Positions 55,701 to 63,925 of a stretch of 64,000 nt of DNA are shown one piece after another. Location of the stretch: positions 1-64,000 of IMG/VR virus record IMGVR_UViG_3300030419_007368; one strand, 5' to 3'. Origin of the DNA: a virus. Position 1 is the first letter of the stretch. Every line of letters begins with the position of its first letter. Made by a program: the position numbers and the translations under genes. A model generated the notes under the pieces. That model ran no database searches. It saw nothing but the letters and a program-made list of their open reading frames with translations, and was not told where the DNA came from.

Positions 55701-56096
55701 TTGTGCCTGAGCAGCTGTGGCATTAAGGGTAATAGAGTGACCGCTGCCGCCGGCAATAGAAATATTACTATCTCCAACGTTAATATCGTCTGCTGCAACG
55801 GCGCCTCCGGATGCGGCGGCGATGGAATTACCATTAGTGATTCTTACGTCATCGCCGTCGTCATTAGTAAAATAAAGGTCGTTTGGACTATTTGATTTAA
55901 CCCACAACTGACCATATGCAGCGGTGTCACCATCAGCGTTCGCCTGCTCTTTAAGAGTAACCGCACCCTCAACAGTTAGTTTTGTTTTCGGATCAGTTAG
56001 ACCAATACCAATTCTATTATTCGCTGCATCAACTGATAAAGTTCCGCTATCGACTTCCAGATCTGTTAAATTTCCACTTCCACCCTTAAAACCCAT
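52797..56096 (-). CDS. Long beta-repeat fibre-like structural protein
   Basis: 1099 aa; NNRIGIG..P..KLTV module and duplicated DDGA.M...HRLGVIEFAGAED modules. Confidence 0.75.
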   Translation of the reverse strand: MGFKGGSGNLTDLEVDSGTLSVDAANNRIGIGLTDPKTKLTVEGAVTLKEQANADGDTAAYGQLWVKSNSPNDLYFTNDDGDDVRITNGNSIAAASGGAVAADDINVGDSNISIAGGSGHSITLNATAAQAQLKTTTSGQVDITSAADIDINATTGIAIDATTVSIDGTDDSNLTVTASGKDLDIAVAGGSTQELRLASAGTGASALHLNASAGSVDIDSADAITVDAADEIVITTTSADGHISLVSAHTAGVAVHIDADANAGSIVDIDAGILDIDVTAGTTLNTTGLTITDTTTSSATEGGSIRLVSDDGAVMADNHRLGVIEFAGAEDTSNTISVGARIQAICRDAWDGSNNDADLEFYTTNGTTESLVLTLDADKLATFTGNVTIDSDTAATNLQITNSATDGDAAIQFALGGTVKYTMGVNDGASDAFEINVGTGALGSGGGGGNVTALKIDTSGNVTLNNLTFDSFADDLAFGTSGANLLEYNKWSASANQGMTIFNSHASGPITLQAGDDSNVRIFSDKASAADTGAVFRLFTDDGAAMGDGHRLGVIEFAGAEDASDTITVGARIESLCDAAWSGTENGASLVFYTTDADASQSQVLKLDSNKLATFAGSIWQNTDGAKLLFGADGEVTLSHVHDTGLLLSDASGIGTTKLMFGDSACFIQQQADGELGIDADSIINVTAPTVDIDASTAVTIDGPAVTVADSADGKPVLTIKTTHTTKTSSGELQFLKDAADTEDGEVLGQITFYGEDEGNNNTAFAKIVASISESDEGDEAGKLEFFVAESDSTTTALTAGLTLEGEHATDGEIDVTIGAGTGSTTTIAGTLDLGDRNITNVGDISLDSVSSDGSLVTINAPCEIANGSSTGAAALVLDNDDTDQIALVVEAANIDADVIDITADAVTTANVIDITADALTSGAALKIVSDCASTTVRSLAHIHQDHASATHAACLRLTQDGAGPALQIEGSTIHAANNTMSNNTAGQTITAAQLIDGFFTAMNRNSSQTDTTATAAQVVAAIPNCSTDTLITFRYINVSSNAVTLAPGSGFTDMGGGTSGFSIGAQQGRVFAFSFSDVSSSSEAGKIVPLSAAYNLNS

Positions 56097-56107
56097 AGTC
56101 TTTTTCC

Positions 56108-56545
56108 CTATCTCATTGCATCGATGCCAGATCCAGTAAGCTGGAACATGGCTGAGCTAGTAATAAAAGTAAGCGATGCATACAGTTGATATCCGGCGGC
56201 ATCTTTTGGCGCTTTGATATATATCTCTTTGCACTTTATGTCAAACTCCATGGAGTCTTCATGGCTATCTAGAGAAATATAGTGATGACTTCTTGCAACA
56301 TATCCAGCGGCTGTCTCCGGCACGAAGTATATCCTCAAGTCGTTGGTCGAAGAGCCCGATCCAATTACTGTGACCTTTTTTGTAACATTTGGAAACTGTA
56401 CTCTAACTTCTTCGCCGGCCTTGATGATGGCGCCCGTAACATAAGGATGCCCAGAAACCTGATATGAACCAACATTCCTTAAGCCTGCTCTAGGCGCGCC
56501 CTGAAACACAGGCGCTGATGTATTTTTGTCTGTCGGATGAGCCAT
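56108..56545 (-). CDS. Hypothetical (putative structural) protein
   Basis: 145 aa; AGGAG SD; GLRNVGSYQVSGHPYVT; in the head module. Confidence 0.65.
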   Translation of the reverse strand: MAHPTDKNTSAPVFQGAPRAGLRNVGSYQVSGHPYVTGAIIKAGEEVRVQFPNVTKKVTVIGSGSSTNDLRIYFVPETAAGYVARSHHYISLDSHEDSMEFDIKCKEIYIKAPKDAAGYQLYASLTFITSSAMFQLTGSGIDAMR

Positions 56546-56554
56546 TTTTTTCTC

Positions 56555-56788
56555 CTACCTTTTATCTAGTTTTTTATTTCTTTGTGTGTTAGCTTTTTGT
56601 GCATTTTGGAGCTTTCTTGCTTTCTCCATGCGCCTTTTTTTGGAAGGCTTTATATAGAATCGTCTATCTAAATAGTCTTCAACTATCCTTTCTTTTTTAC
56701 ACTTTTTAATAAATTTCTTTATTAATCGATGGGGGCAACCACCGACCTCTTTCAAAGAAACTTCAACATTGACGGTTTTGTTAGACAT
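56555..56788 (-). CDS. rpsU: Ribosomal protein bS21
   Basis: 77 aa, basic; RLIKKFIKKCKKERIVEDYLDRRFYIKPSKKRR matches the bS21 pattern (...F.R.....G.......R.FYEKPS). Confidence 0.88.
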   Translation of the reverse strand: MSNKTVNVEVSLKEVGGCPHRLIKKFIKKCKKERIVEDYLDRRFYIKPSKKRRMEKARKLQNAQKANTQRNKKLDKR

Positions 56789-56798
56789 AATTTAACAC

Positions 56799-57209
56799 CT
56801 ATATTAGATCTCTCCATTTATTTCCTACCAAATTCTGTATGTCGCTGATGTCGACGCCCCGGTCGTCAGATGCAACATTTGCGAAAGTAGAAGGTCCTGA
56901 TTTTCCGGGGGCGTCAGGTATATTTGGCACTCCAGAGAACACATCGACACCCCCTACGTCGGCAGACTCATTAAGCCGGCGGATTCTCTCTTGTCTGTTG
57001 GCTTCATACCGGTCCCTCTTCTCTTTCAAATCTTGCGACGGTTCTGGTGCTCTTTCTTTCTTGCTCGGAGCTTCAGTTAATACAGAAGATTGCAAGCCGC
57101 GAGCGACTTCCATTACGACGCTGGATAAGACGCCCTCCTCTAACAAAATTTCTTTTACGGTTTGCTTTATTAAAGGCTTTAAAATCTTCTTAAGTTGATT
57201 TGTCTTCAT
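56799..57209 (-). CDS. Hypothetical protein (putative prohead core component)
   Basis: MKTNQLKKILKPLIKQTVKEILLEE leader; overlaps the protease stop. Confidence 0.65.
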   Translation of the reverse strand: MKTNQLKKILKPLIKQTVKEILLEEGVLSSVVMEVARGLQSSVLTEAPSKKERAPEPSQDLKEKRDRYEANRQERIRRLNESADVGGVDVFSGVPNIPDAPGKSGPSTFANVASDDRGVDISDIQNLVGNKWRDLI

Positions 57210-57858
57210 TTTTCTCTCTTAAAATCATTTCAAACAAGTTGTCTAGTGTGCTATTTCTTGTCTTTCCGGATTCATTGATATAAGCAGATAGATTTCCGGT
57301 ACTAAGGCTTTTCGGAGGCGCTTTTATCTTGTCTGGAGACAGATAAGCCCCCGGAGTCGAAGGTTCTGACACAATATCAAAACATATTAGTTGAAAATCG
57401 TCTTCGACGATCGTCAAACCGTCCTTCTCCTTCACAGAACCCAAGCCTCTGGAAGAGATTCCAAGCTTTACATTTGCCGTAACTAACTGCTTCAAAGTCT
57501 TTCCGCTAGGAGTGTCAAGCACCTCGATTTTACCCATCACATTTCCTCCGTCCCACCACATTTTAGTAATAAGATGAGAAGCATTCTTCAAATTAATGAC
57601 AGAATCATCAGGATGGTCTAATTCGCCTAAAGAACGTCTCTCCTGGATGGCTTTTTGATAGTTCGACACCTCCCTTTGTAAGATATCTTTACTATACACC
57701 CTCCCGTTGCCGTTCTTTACACCTGATTTTTGACATATACCAACTAGATAAACGGCGCCTTCAGATATCTTCCTTCTTTCTGATTCAGTTAAGACATCTA
57801 TAGGACACCGGCCTTCAGGACATAGTTCAAAATACTCCTGTAATAGCACTTTCGACAT
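57190..57858 (-). CDS. Prohead protease (T4 gp21-like)
   Basis: NGNGRVY, GELDHP, SHLI, TPSG, GISSRGLGS, FDIVSEPS. Confidence 0.95.
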   Translation of the reverse strand: MSKVLLQEYFELCPEGRCPIDVLTESERRKISEGAVYLVGICQKSGVKNGNGRVYSKDILQREVSNYQKAIQERRSLGELDHPDDSVINLKNASHLITKMWWDGGNVMGKIEVLDTPSGKTLKQLVTANVKLGISSRGLGSVKEKDGLTIVEDDFQLICFDIVSEPSTPGAYLSPDKIKAPPKSLSTGNLSAYINESGKTRNSTLDNLFEMILREKNEDKST

Positions 57859-57870
57859 GTTTTTCACACC

Positions 57871-58023
57871 TTAGTTGTTTGGGCTCTTTTTCTTTCCCTT
57901 CCCAATCCACCAAGATCTTGGAACTTGATTAGCAACGCTCTTCTTCGTTCCATGGTTTCCGCCGCCGGCGCCATGGCCCTTAGGTGCATTGGAATTTTCT
58001 TTTACTACTTTCTTGTCAGACAT
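57871..58023 (-). CDS. Small 50-aa protein not in the ORF track
   Basis: MSDKKVVKENSNAPKGHGAGGGNHGTKKSVANQVPRSWWIGKGKKKSPNN; strong AAGGAG SD; fills the gap. Confidence 0.65.
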   Translation of the reverse strand: MSDKKVVKENSNAPKGHGAGGGNHGTKKSVANQVPRSWWIGKGKKKSPNN

Positions 58024-58026
58024 TTT

Positions 58027-58134
58027 TTAACTCCTTTTTATAAAAAATTTAATATGCGAGGCTCTCCCTCGCTTGCGTATGCTGCCGTTGCAGCAACGCC
58101 TTACTTCTGGGATATTACGACGTCTCATTTTCAT
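58027..58134 (-). CDS. Possible 35-aa Arg/Cys peptide
   Basis: MKMRRRNIPEVRRCCNGSIRKRGRASHIKFFIKRS; GGAGG upstream suits the second ATG; overlaps the end of the DUF1360-like gene. Confidence 0.35.
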   Translation of the reverse strand: MKMRRRNIPEVRRCCNGSIRKRGRASHIKFFIKRS

Positions 58135-58438
58135 CACCTCCTTTTACGTTTCTGAATTTAAAACCAAAATCATCCAATATCATACTTAAGAAGTAACTTG
58201 TCCCGGATGACAAACTACCCAAAAGCAAAGCATTTACCAAATTGTAATCATAGGTAAATAGTTCTGTGAAGTGATTGATACTCCACAAAAAAACACCAAC
58301 CCAAAAGCCCATACAAAGTGGACATTTAAATAATTGCCCTAGTTGGCCCTTTTTGGGCCTTATTGGGTTAAAAATAGATCCATATATTAGAATATATGTC
58401 ATCCCATATGCACACAAGATAAAATAAATTAATTGCAC
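58115..58438 (-). CDS. DUF1360-like membrane protein
   Basis: Hydrophobic segments with GSIFNPIR...LFKCPLCMGFWVG. Confidence 0.7.
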   Translation of the reverse strand: MQLIYFILCAYGMTYILIYGSIFNPIRPKKGQLGQLFKCPLCMGFWVGVFLWSINHFTELFTYDYNLVNALLLGSLSSGTSYFLSMILDDFGFKFRNVKGGDENETS

Positions 58439-58445
58439 ATATCAC

Positions 58446-58967
58446 CTATATTCTATAAATAGTATTAATGCCGTAGCTTTGAATGCGCGGCGGTAAAGAT
58501 CCCTTCTTCTCATCATGATATTTCTCTGGATCAAATTCAGTGTATTCATCCGGCTCAGGTTGTAAAAGCCTTTGTTCCTCATCAGCCTCGAACTCTTTCT
58601 GATCTCGATAATACGGAAGCTCGGCCTCTATAAACTGCGCGAGGGCATACAGCAAGTACTGTATGCTGTCACCTTTATCTGCTTTTGAGATGCTCGCCTC
58701 CATAGACATGAATAAATTTCCAGCTTGTACAGAGTCGTAAGCTATAACGCCTTTCTTGCTCAAAAACTTATATAACCTTTTCTGTGTATCATATACTTCA
58801 TCGTCAAGCTCCTCTTTCGGAAGAGCCACAATTTTACTTTTTTTGGGAAAAATCATCAAATCAACTTCTGGGTGGTCGCCGACAATTATATTGCCATCGA
58901 TAGTTTTTTTCGCATTTAAAAGTATTTTTTCAACTTCTGGCGCGCCTTTGATTGTGATTCTAATCAT
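58446..58967 (-). CDS. Hypothetical protein
   Basis: 173 aa ORF, coupled to the upstream gene. Confidence 0.75.
   Translation of the reverse strand: MIRITIKGAPEVEKILLNAKKTIDGNIIVGDHPEVDLMIFPKKSKIVALPKEELDDEVYDTQKRLYKFLSKKGVIAYDSVQAGNLFMSMEASISKADKGDSIQYLLYALAQFIEAELPYYRDQKEFEADEEQRLLQPEPDEYTEFDPEKYHDEKKGSLPPRIQSYGINTIYRI
58456..58463 (-). promoter_or_regulatory. Putative late-promoter motif (ACTATTTA)
   Basis: 18 nt upstream of 58438; heads the protease-bS21-fibre unit. Confidence 0.55.
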
Positions 58968-59775
58968 TGTTGTTCAACTCACTGACTAGGGACTGTATGC
59001 GAGTAACTTCAAGTACCAGCTCTCTACTTAGTGCTGTTTGGTTGTAGCCATCGACCCTCTCTAAGACCTTTCTAATTTTTGTAGAAACATTGGTGTCTCT
59101 CTGTTGCTTGAGATTTTCGTTTAGCTCTTTTTTAATGCGAGCTATCTCTTCATACAGATAAGCTTTGAACTCAAGGCTGTCATGACCACCCGTTACAATA
59201 TATTTATTCAAGAACTCTTTTTGTGCTTCGTTCAGGGCAGTAGAATACTCCTTGTTAAATTTTTCAAGAAAGTTCTTCATGGCCAGATTATTAATCTTGG
59301 GAAACATTTGCTTTTGTTTTTTCTCTGTCTCGAAAGAGCCAATTAGTTTATTCTCAATTATAACCTGTCTCTTTGGAGATAAATTTTGCTGTAATATTTG
59401 ATTTACCGTAGCCAAGCTTTTAAAGTTCGGGATAAAATTCGACCAAACTTGACGGCCAAATGCTTTATTAATTTTATCGATTGCCCTAGTCTGTACTTCA
59501 AAAACCCTTTGACGGTCTAAATTCATAAACTGCTTTTTTGCTTCTTTTATTATTTTTTCAACGACCGTACGACCTACCTCATCTAGATCTTCAAAAGATT
59601 TATATATTTCCAACTCTTTTCCCAGGATCCTACCTTTAGAGAAGTACTCTTTTAACAAAGATATTGCATGCTGTCTTTTATCTTGTTCCTCCTTCATAGA
59701 TGCCTTGGTCAATTCACACACCAAAGTCTCATAAATAAAAGCCGTGTTTCTTTTTTTGTTATGATTGAACTTCAT
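58960..59775 (-). CDS. Hypothetical helical protein next to the portal
   Basis: 271 aa, overlapping the portal stop. Confidence 0.75.
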   Translation of the reverse strand: MKFNHNKKRNTAFIYETLVCELTKASMKEEQDKRQHAISLLKEYFSKGRILGKELEIYKSFEDLDEVGRTVVEKIIKEAKKQFMNLDRQRVFEVQTRAIDKINKAFGRQVWSNFIPNFKSLATVNQILQQNLSPKRQVIIENKLIGSFETEKKQKQMFPKINNLAMKNFLEKFNKEYSTALNEAQKEFLNKYIVTGGHDSLEFKAYLYEEIARIKKELNENLKQQRDTNVSTKIRKVLERVDGYNQTALSRELVLEVTRIQSLVSELNNND

Positions 59776-61801
59776 CCGTAGACTTCTCCAATGATTCTAT
59801 CAGTTTTTTAATCTCGTTACTCTCTCTAAAGATCTTATCTTCCTGTTCGTCATAATAATTAGGATCTAAGTTTTCAGAAAGTCTATATAGTGAGTCTAAA
59901 TCTCTTTTTCCGGGAAGATAAGACCTTGTGTCTCCACCACGCAGGAATGCCGACCACTCACCTTTTTGAGAACGACGTCGACCGCCTGATTCTCTCCCGT
60001 CATAAGGTTTCGGCTCGTACATCTTGCCCTTTGATTTTGGGGTTGCTGTGAAAGTCCGACCAAACTTGTCTTTTATGGTGATGGTGCCTCCCTCGCCGAT
60101 ACTAAAATCATCTCTTTTTCCTGGAGCGCCTTCCTCACCGCCCCCTCCTGGCTCAGGAGTGGGCTCAGGGCCTTCTGGGCCGGCTCCCGCCGGCGTTGCC
60201 AATAACGGTCCCTCTTCAGCTGCTTCTTCAGGCGCACCTTCATCGCCTTCGGGTCCGCCGACGTCCATATCCGGACCGGGTTCATCGCCGCCTAGGTCGC
60301 CTCCAAGGCCGCCGGCTGCGGCGCCGCCTGCTGCTGCCGCTGCTTCACCAACCTGTTCCAAGGCAAAGTCGTGCTTCCTATCATAATACATCTCTTCTTG
60401 CATTCTCAAGAACTCTTCCTCACTAATATTAAGAATGTTGTTCGCCACCCACCTTCGACTAAAGAAGCCTTCAGTAGCGCCTTCTGCAGCTTCGAAGCGC
60501 GCTTTCCAATGTTCTAGTTCTTGCAACTCAGCTAGTTTCGAAGGGTTATTTAGAGCTAGTTTGAAAGAAAGCAAGTCTTTCCCTCTATATCCCAAAGTAA
60601 ACAAGTGAATTACAACAATCTTCTCTAATTCAGAAACAACAGCTCTCTGCAATCTTTGAATTGTCCTTGCAAACCTTATATCTTTTTGTGCTAAAGTGGC
60701 CTTATCTTCATCAGCGCCGTCGCCGCGGGCGAGATATGACATTGGCACCTTAAGAGCGCTAAACAGCTTATCTCTAAGGTATTTTACGTCTTCAATGTCG
60801 CCAGTATATTGGCCTCCACCAACTGTCGATATTTCAGTTCCGGAGGCCGTCCCGCGGACGGGAATATAGTAGTCCTCTTCGATGCTCAAAGGATTGTATC
60901 TTAGATCTACGCGACCGGTATTGACATCAAGAATCTGATTCCTCTTCATCTGAGTCATAACTTTTTGCATGTACTGCTCTACGTCTTGAGGAGGAATATT
61001 CCCAACGTCAATCTTAAAAACGCGGCGCTCTGGGGATCTAACAATTCTATACGCCATCACCGCGTCTTCCAAAAGGGTGAGCTGCCTCCAAATCCTTCGA
61101 GCTGGCTCTAAAATTGAAGTTCCATACGGAGCAAATTTGTCGTTGCCCAGTATTCTAAAATGTGCGACTTGCCAGTTCTCCAAAGTGATACCGGCACTAT
61201 TCCATTGATAAGTGACATAATTTGGATTATTCTTGTCTTCGCCTTCGAGCCTTTCTATCTCATTTGCCGGCATGCCTATCGAATTTTTTATACCCTCGTC
61301 TTCTTCTATATCCAGATAAAGAAAGAAATCTCCATATTTGCACATAGACCTGCACCAACCATATAGATTAAACTGCACGTTTAAAACATTATAAAGCAGA
61401 GTCTCGATAACCCCTTTAATCTCCTGGTTTTTGCACGCAATATTTAATATCGGCCGATATACAGACGAGGTAGTCATCTCATCTGCATATATGTCCATGG
61501 AAGATGCGATTTCTGGAGTATATTCCATTTGATCGAAATCAGTGTACCTGTCCATGCGGTTCTGATTCGAATAATAATCTGCCTGCAGCGAGCCGTAGAT
61601 CTCACCATAAGACGAAACCTTAAATTCTTGGCCGCTGGCGGATTTAAATCGAGATCGATATTTGTCTAGTCTTCTTCTTTTTAACTGTCTTGTGTCCTGC
61701 CTTCTATAATTGGTTAGCGGTCCGGACAACAGCTTCGTAAGCTGCTTGAAAAGAGACGAATCTGGATTTCTTGGATTTTTCTTATTAATTGGGGATACCA
61801 T
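59759..61801 (-). CDS. Portal protein (T4 gp20-like)
   Basis: PEIASSMDIYADE, GTSILE, LLEDAVMAYRIVRSPERRVFKIDVGN, EDYYIP, ALKVP; acidic C-terminal tail. Confidence 0.95.
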   Translation of the reverse strand: MVSPINKKNPRNPDSSLFKQLTKLLSGPLTNYRRQDTRQLKRRRLDKYRSRFKSASGQEFKVSSYGEIYGSLQADYYSNQNRMDRYTDFDQMEYTPEIASSMDIYADEMTTSSVYRPILNIACKNQEIKGVIETLLYNVLNVQFNLYGWCRSMCKYGDFFLYLDIEEDEGIKNSIGMPANEIERLEGEDKNNPNYVTYQWNSAGITLENWQVAHFRILGNDKFAPYGTSILEPARRIWRQLTLLEDAVMAYRIVRSPERRVFKIDVGNIPPQDVEQYMQKVMTQMKRNQILDVNTGRVDLRYNPLSIEEDYYIPVRGTASGTEISTVGGGQYTGDIEDVKYLRDKLFSALKVPMSYLARGDGADEDKATLAQKDIRFARTIQRLQRAVVSELEKIVVIHLFTLGYRGKDLLSFKLALNNPSKLAELQELEHWKARFEAAEGATEGFFSRRWVANNILNISEEEFLRMQEEMYYDRKHDFALEQVGEAAAAAGGAAAGGLGGDLGGDEPGPDMDVGGPEGDEGAPEEAAEEGPLLATPAGAGPEGPEPTPEPGGGGEEGAPGKRDDFSIGEGGTITIKDKFGRTFTATPKSKGKMYEPKPYDGRESGGRRRSQKGEWSAFLRGGDTRSYLPGKRDLDSLYRLSENLDPNYYDEQEDKIFRESNEIKKLIESLEKSTDEVQS

Positions 61802-61814
61802 ATTTTTTACACTC

Positions 61815-63398
61815 TCAACCTTTTAGAAGCCAGAGAAAATCTTTACTTTCTTTCATATCGTTTTCTAGCTTGTGTTCTCTTCTTACTTTTTCATATCCTA
61901 TCATACCTGGTATGGATGTGTTCAGAGATTTATTTGTTGTTGACATTGAAGATAAAAAGGCCTTTTGATATTCTACACTCCTCTGATTAACAGAGAACGC
62001 CATTTCTTTAACCCAACATCCAATGGCGCAAGCGATAATAAGGTCATCGTTGTGTTTTTTCATTGCCTGCGGCTTGCCATTATGCCATATAAACGTCTTC
62101 ATTTCATTAAAAAGCCTTTTTGATCTTATTGTAATTAGTTTATTTCTAACAAACTCTTCAAATTTAGCGACGACGAGGGGGCGCGTTTTTTGAGTCATAG
62201 AGAAACCGGGAACAACTCCAGTAGATTCTGCCATCAAAGAATCCACGTATTCATGTGTGGACTTCTTGGAGTAATAAATGTTAGGGTACCCAAGTTCCTC
62301 CATTTTAGTAACGACGGACCACCCAACTGAGTTGTTTTCAACAGCAGCAAGGCATTCGCCGAATTCACGCCCAGTGGTCGTAATCAAGTCCGCAAAAATA
62401 TCTGGTGTTGCTTTCCCTTGATATTCAGCTACAACTTCGTTAGTTTCCAGCTTAAAAATAAGAAAAGTAGAATAATCTTGTCCGTCGCCGCGCGCGACGT
62501 CAGCGGACAACATATAACTAAATTCAGGACTGTACTCTTCCCATATCCATAAATTTCGATCAAACCCCGTTCGGTACTTAGGCTCGCACAGGCATGCCTC
62601 TATCTCCTGCATGTCATCTGGATGAAACACTGTCTCTCCAGACATGTTGAAGTTACACTCCAGCTCTTGTGCAATCTGTCTGCGAGACATATTCTTTGTT
62701 TCTTTGTCGAACCACTCTTGATCACGGTCTGGATGTACAGACCATGGTAAATTAACTAGATGGAAATCGTTGTCGCCCATGTCTGCGTCGACGCAAGTCT
62801 GGTGGAACCAATTCCCAACACCATTTGGGGTCGAAAGAGCGATGCATCGACCACCGGTGGACAGTGTTGGGTACAGCCCTGTCCACAATTCTTCAAGACC
62901 CTCGACGTGCGCGGCCTCGTCAATCACCAACAAAGACAAAGCCTCGGAACGACCTGCGTCGGAAGACGTTGAAGAGGCTTTTATTTGTGAACCATTAGAC
63001 AATTCAAAAGATGTTCTATTGTCTATTGAGATCTCTGCTATTTTCATCCACGGCGGCAAGTGCTTGTGAATCGATTTAACTTTCTTCACTAGGTTAGCCG
63101 CTGTGCCAAACTTTGTAGCAATTACCAAAACGTTTTTATCGCGATGGAACATCATCATCCACGCGACATATGCTGCCGTTATAGTCGATATACCCAGCTG
63201 CCTAGCTTTAAGTATGACAGTGAATCTGTGATCGTTGTAATTGTTGACCAAATCAGTCTGAAAATCATAAGTCTTAAAAGGTATCAAGCCGCGCATTGGA
63301 TGAGATATCTTGGCATAATTGTTTATAAAATAAACGGGATCCTTACCAGACTTAATGATTTCTTTCAGAATTTGTTCTTTAGACAAATCAAAAGTCAT
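61815..63398 (-). CDS. Terminase large subunit (T4 gp17-like)
   Basis: KARQLGIST, LLVIDEAAH, STPNG, ADVARG..DYS, ENN, DDLI. Confidence 0.95.
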   Translation of the reverse strand: MTFDLSKEQILKEIIKSGKDPVYFINNYAKISHPMRGLIPFKTYDFQTDLVNNYNDHRFTVILKARQLGISTITAAYVAWMMMFHRDKNVLVIATKFGTAANLVKKVKSIHKHLPPWMKIAEISIDNRTSFELSNGSQIKASSTSSDAGRSEALSLLVIDEAAHVEGLEELWTGLYPTLSTGGRCIALSTPNGVGNWFHQTCVDADMGDNDFHLVNLPWSVHPDRDQEWFDKETKNMSRRQIAQELECNFNMSGETVFHPDDMQEIEACLCEPKYRTGFDRNLWIWEEYSPEFSYMLSADVARGDGQDYSTFLIFKLETNEVVAEYQGKATPDIFADLITTTGREFGECLAAVENNSVGWSVVTKMEELGYPNIYYSKKSTHEYVDSLMAESTGVVPGFSMTQKTRPLVVAKFEEFVRNKLITIRSKRLFNEMKTFIWHNGKPQAMKKHNDDLIIACAIGCWVKEMAFSVNQRSVEYQKAFLSSMSTTNKSLNTSIPGMIGYEKVRREHKLENDMKESKDFLWLLKG

Positions 63399-63409
63399 CT
63401 TATCTTACG

Positions 63410-63925
63410 CTAGTCTTTTCCAGCAGACGGCTTCCACCCACCTTGATCTAAAAATGCTTTAAAATCTTTGGAAAGGTTGTCCTCGCTGGGCTCTCTCTTG
63501 TTAATAACGTCAGTAAGATTCTTAATCTCGTAAAGTTTCGTAGCGACGACGAAAACACGCACTCTACTGGTTTTTTGTACGTGAGCATCGACTTCGCCTT
63601 TCTCCTTTAAACTGAGAGTCTCGCCAGTGATCGATTTATATCTCTTTTTGAGCGCTTTGGTTATGTCACTCATTGTTTGTTCAAGGTCCGACTCAAAATT
63701 GCCAGAATAAACTTCTTTTAAGGTGCACTCAGAGTGATAAGAACATATCAATGTCGGGCCGCTTATACGAACCTTGAACCCATCTATACGACGAGAGTCC
63801 AAAATAGGATTACCATCCTCTCTCTTAAGACCGATCTCTTCGTCTTCGACGATGTGTGCACCGTCATAACCAAGATCAGCACACGCTTGTGAAATTCCGC
63901 GAATTATTTTAAGATTATCTGCCAT
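63410..63925 (-). CDS. Hypothetical protein
   Basis: ATG 63925 with GGAGG SD. Confidence 0.75.
   Translation of the reverse strand: MADNLKIIRGISQACADLGYDGAHIVEDEEIGLKREDGNPILDSRRIDGFKVRISGPTLICSYHSECTLKEVYSGNFESDLEQTMSDITKALKKRYKSITGETLSLKEKGEVDAHVQKTSRVRVFVVATKLYEIKNLTDVINKREPSEDNLSKDFKAFLDQGGWKPSAGKD

Noticed and set aside
6435-63398. Inteins or introns in dnaE, nrdJ, helicase, recA and terminase
   Set aside because: Lengths and motif spacing are normal; no intein terminal motifs noticed.
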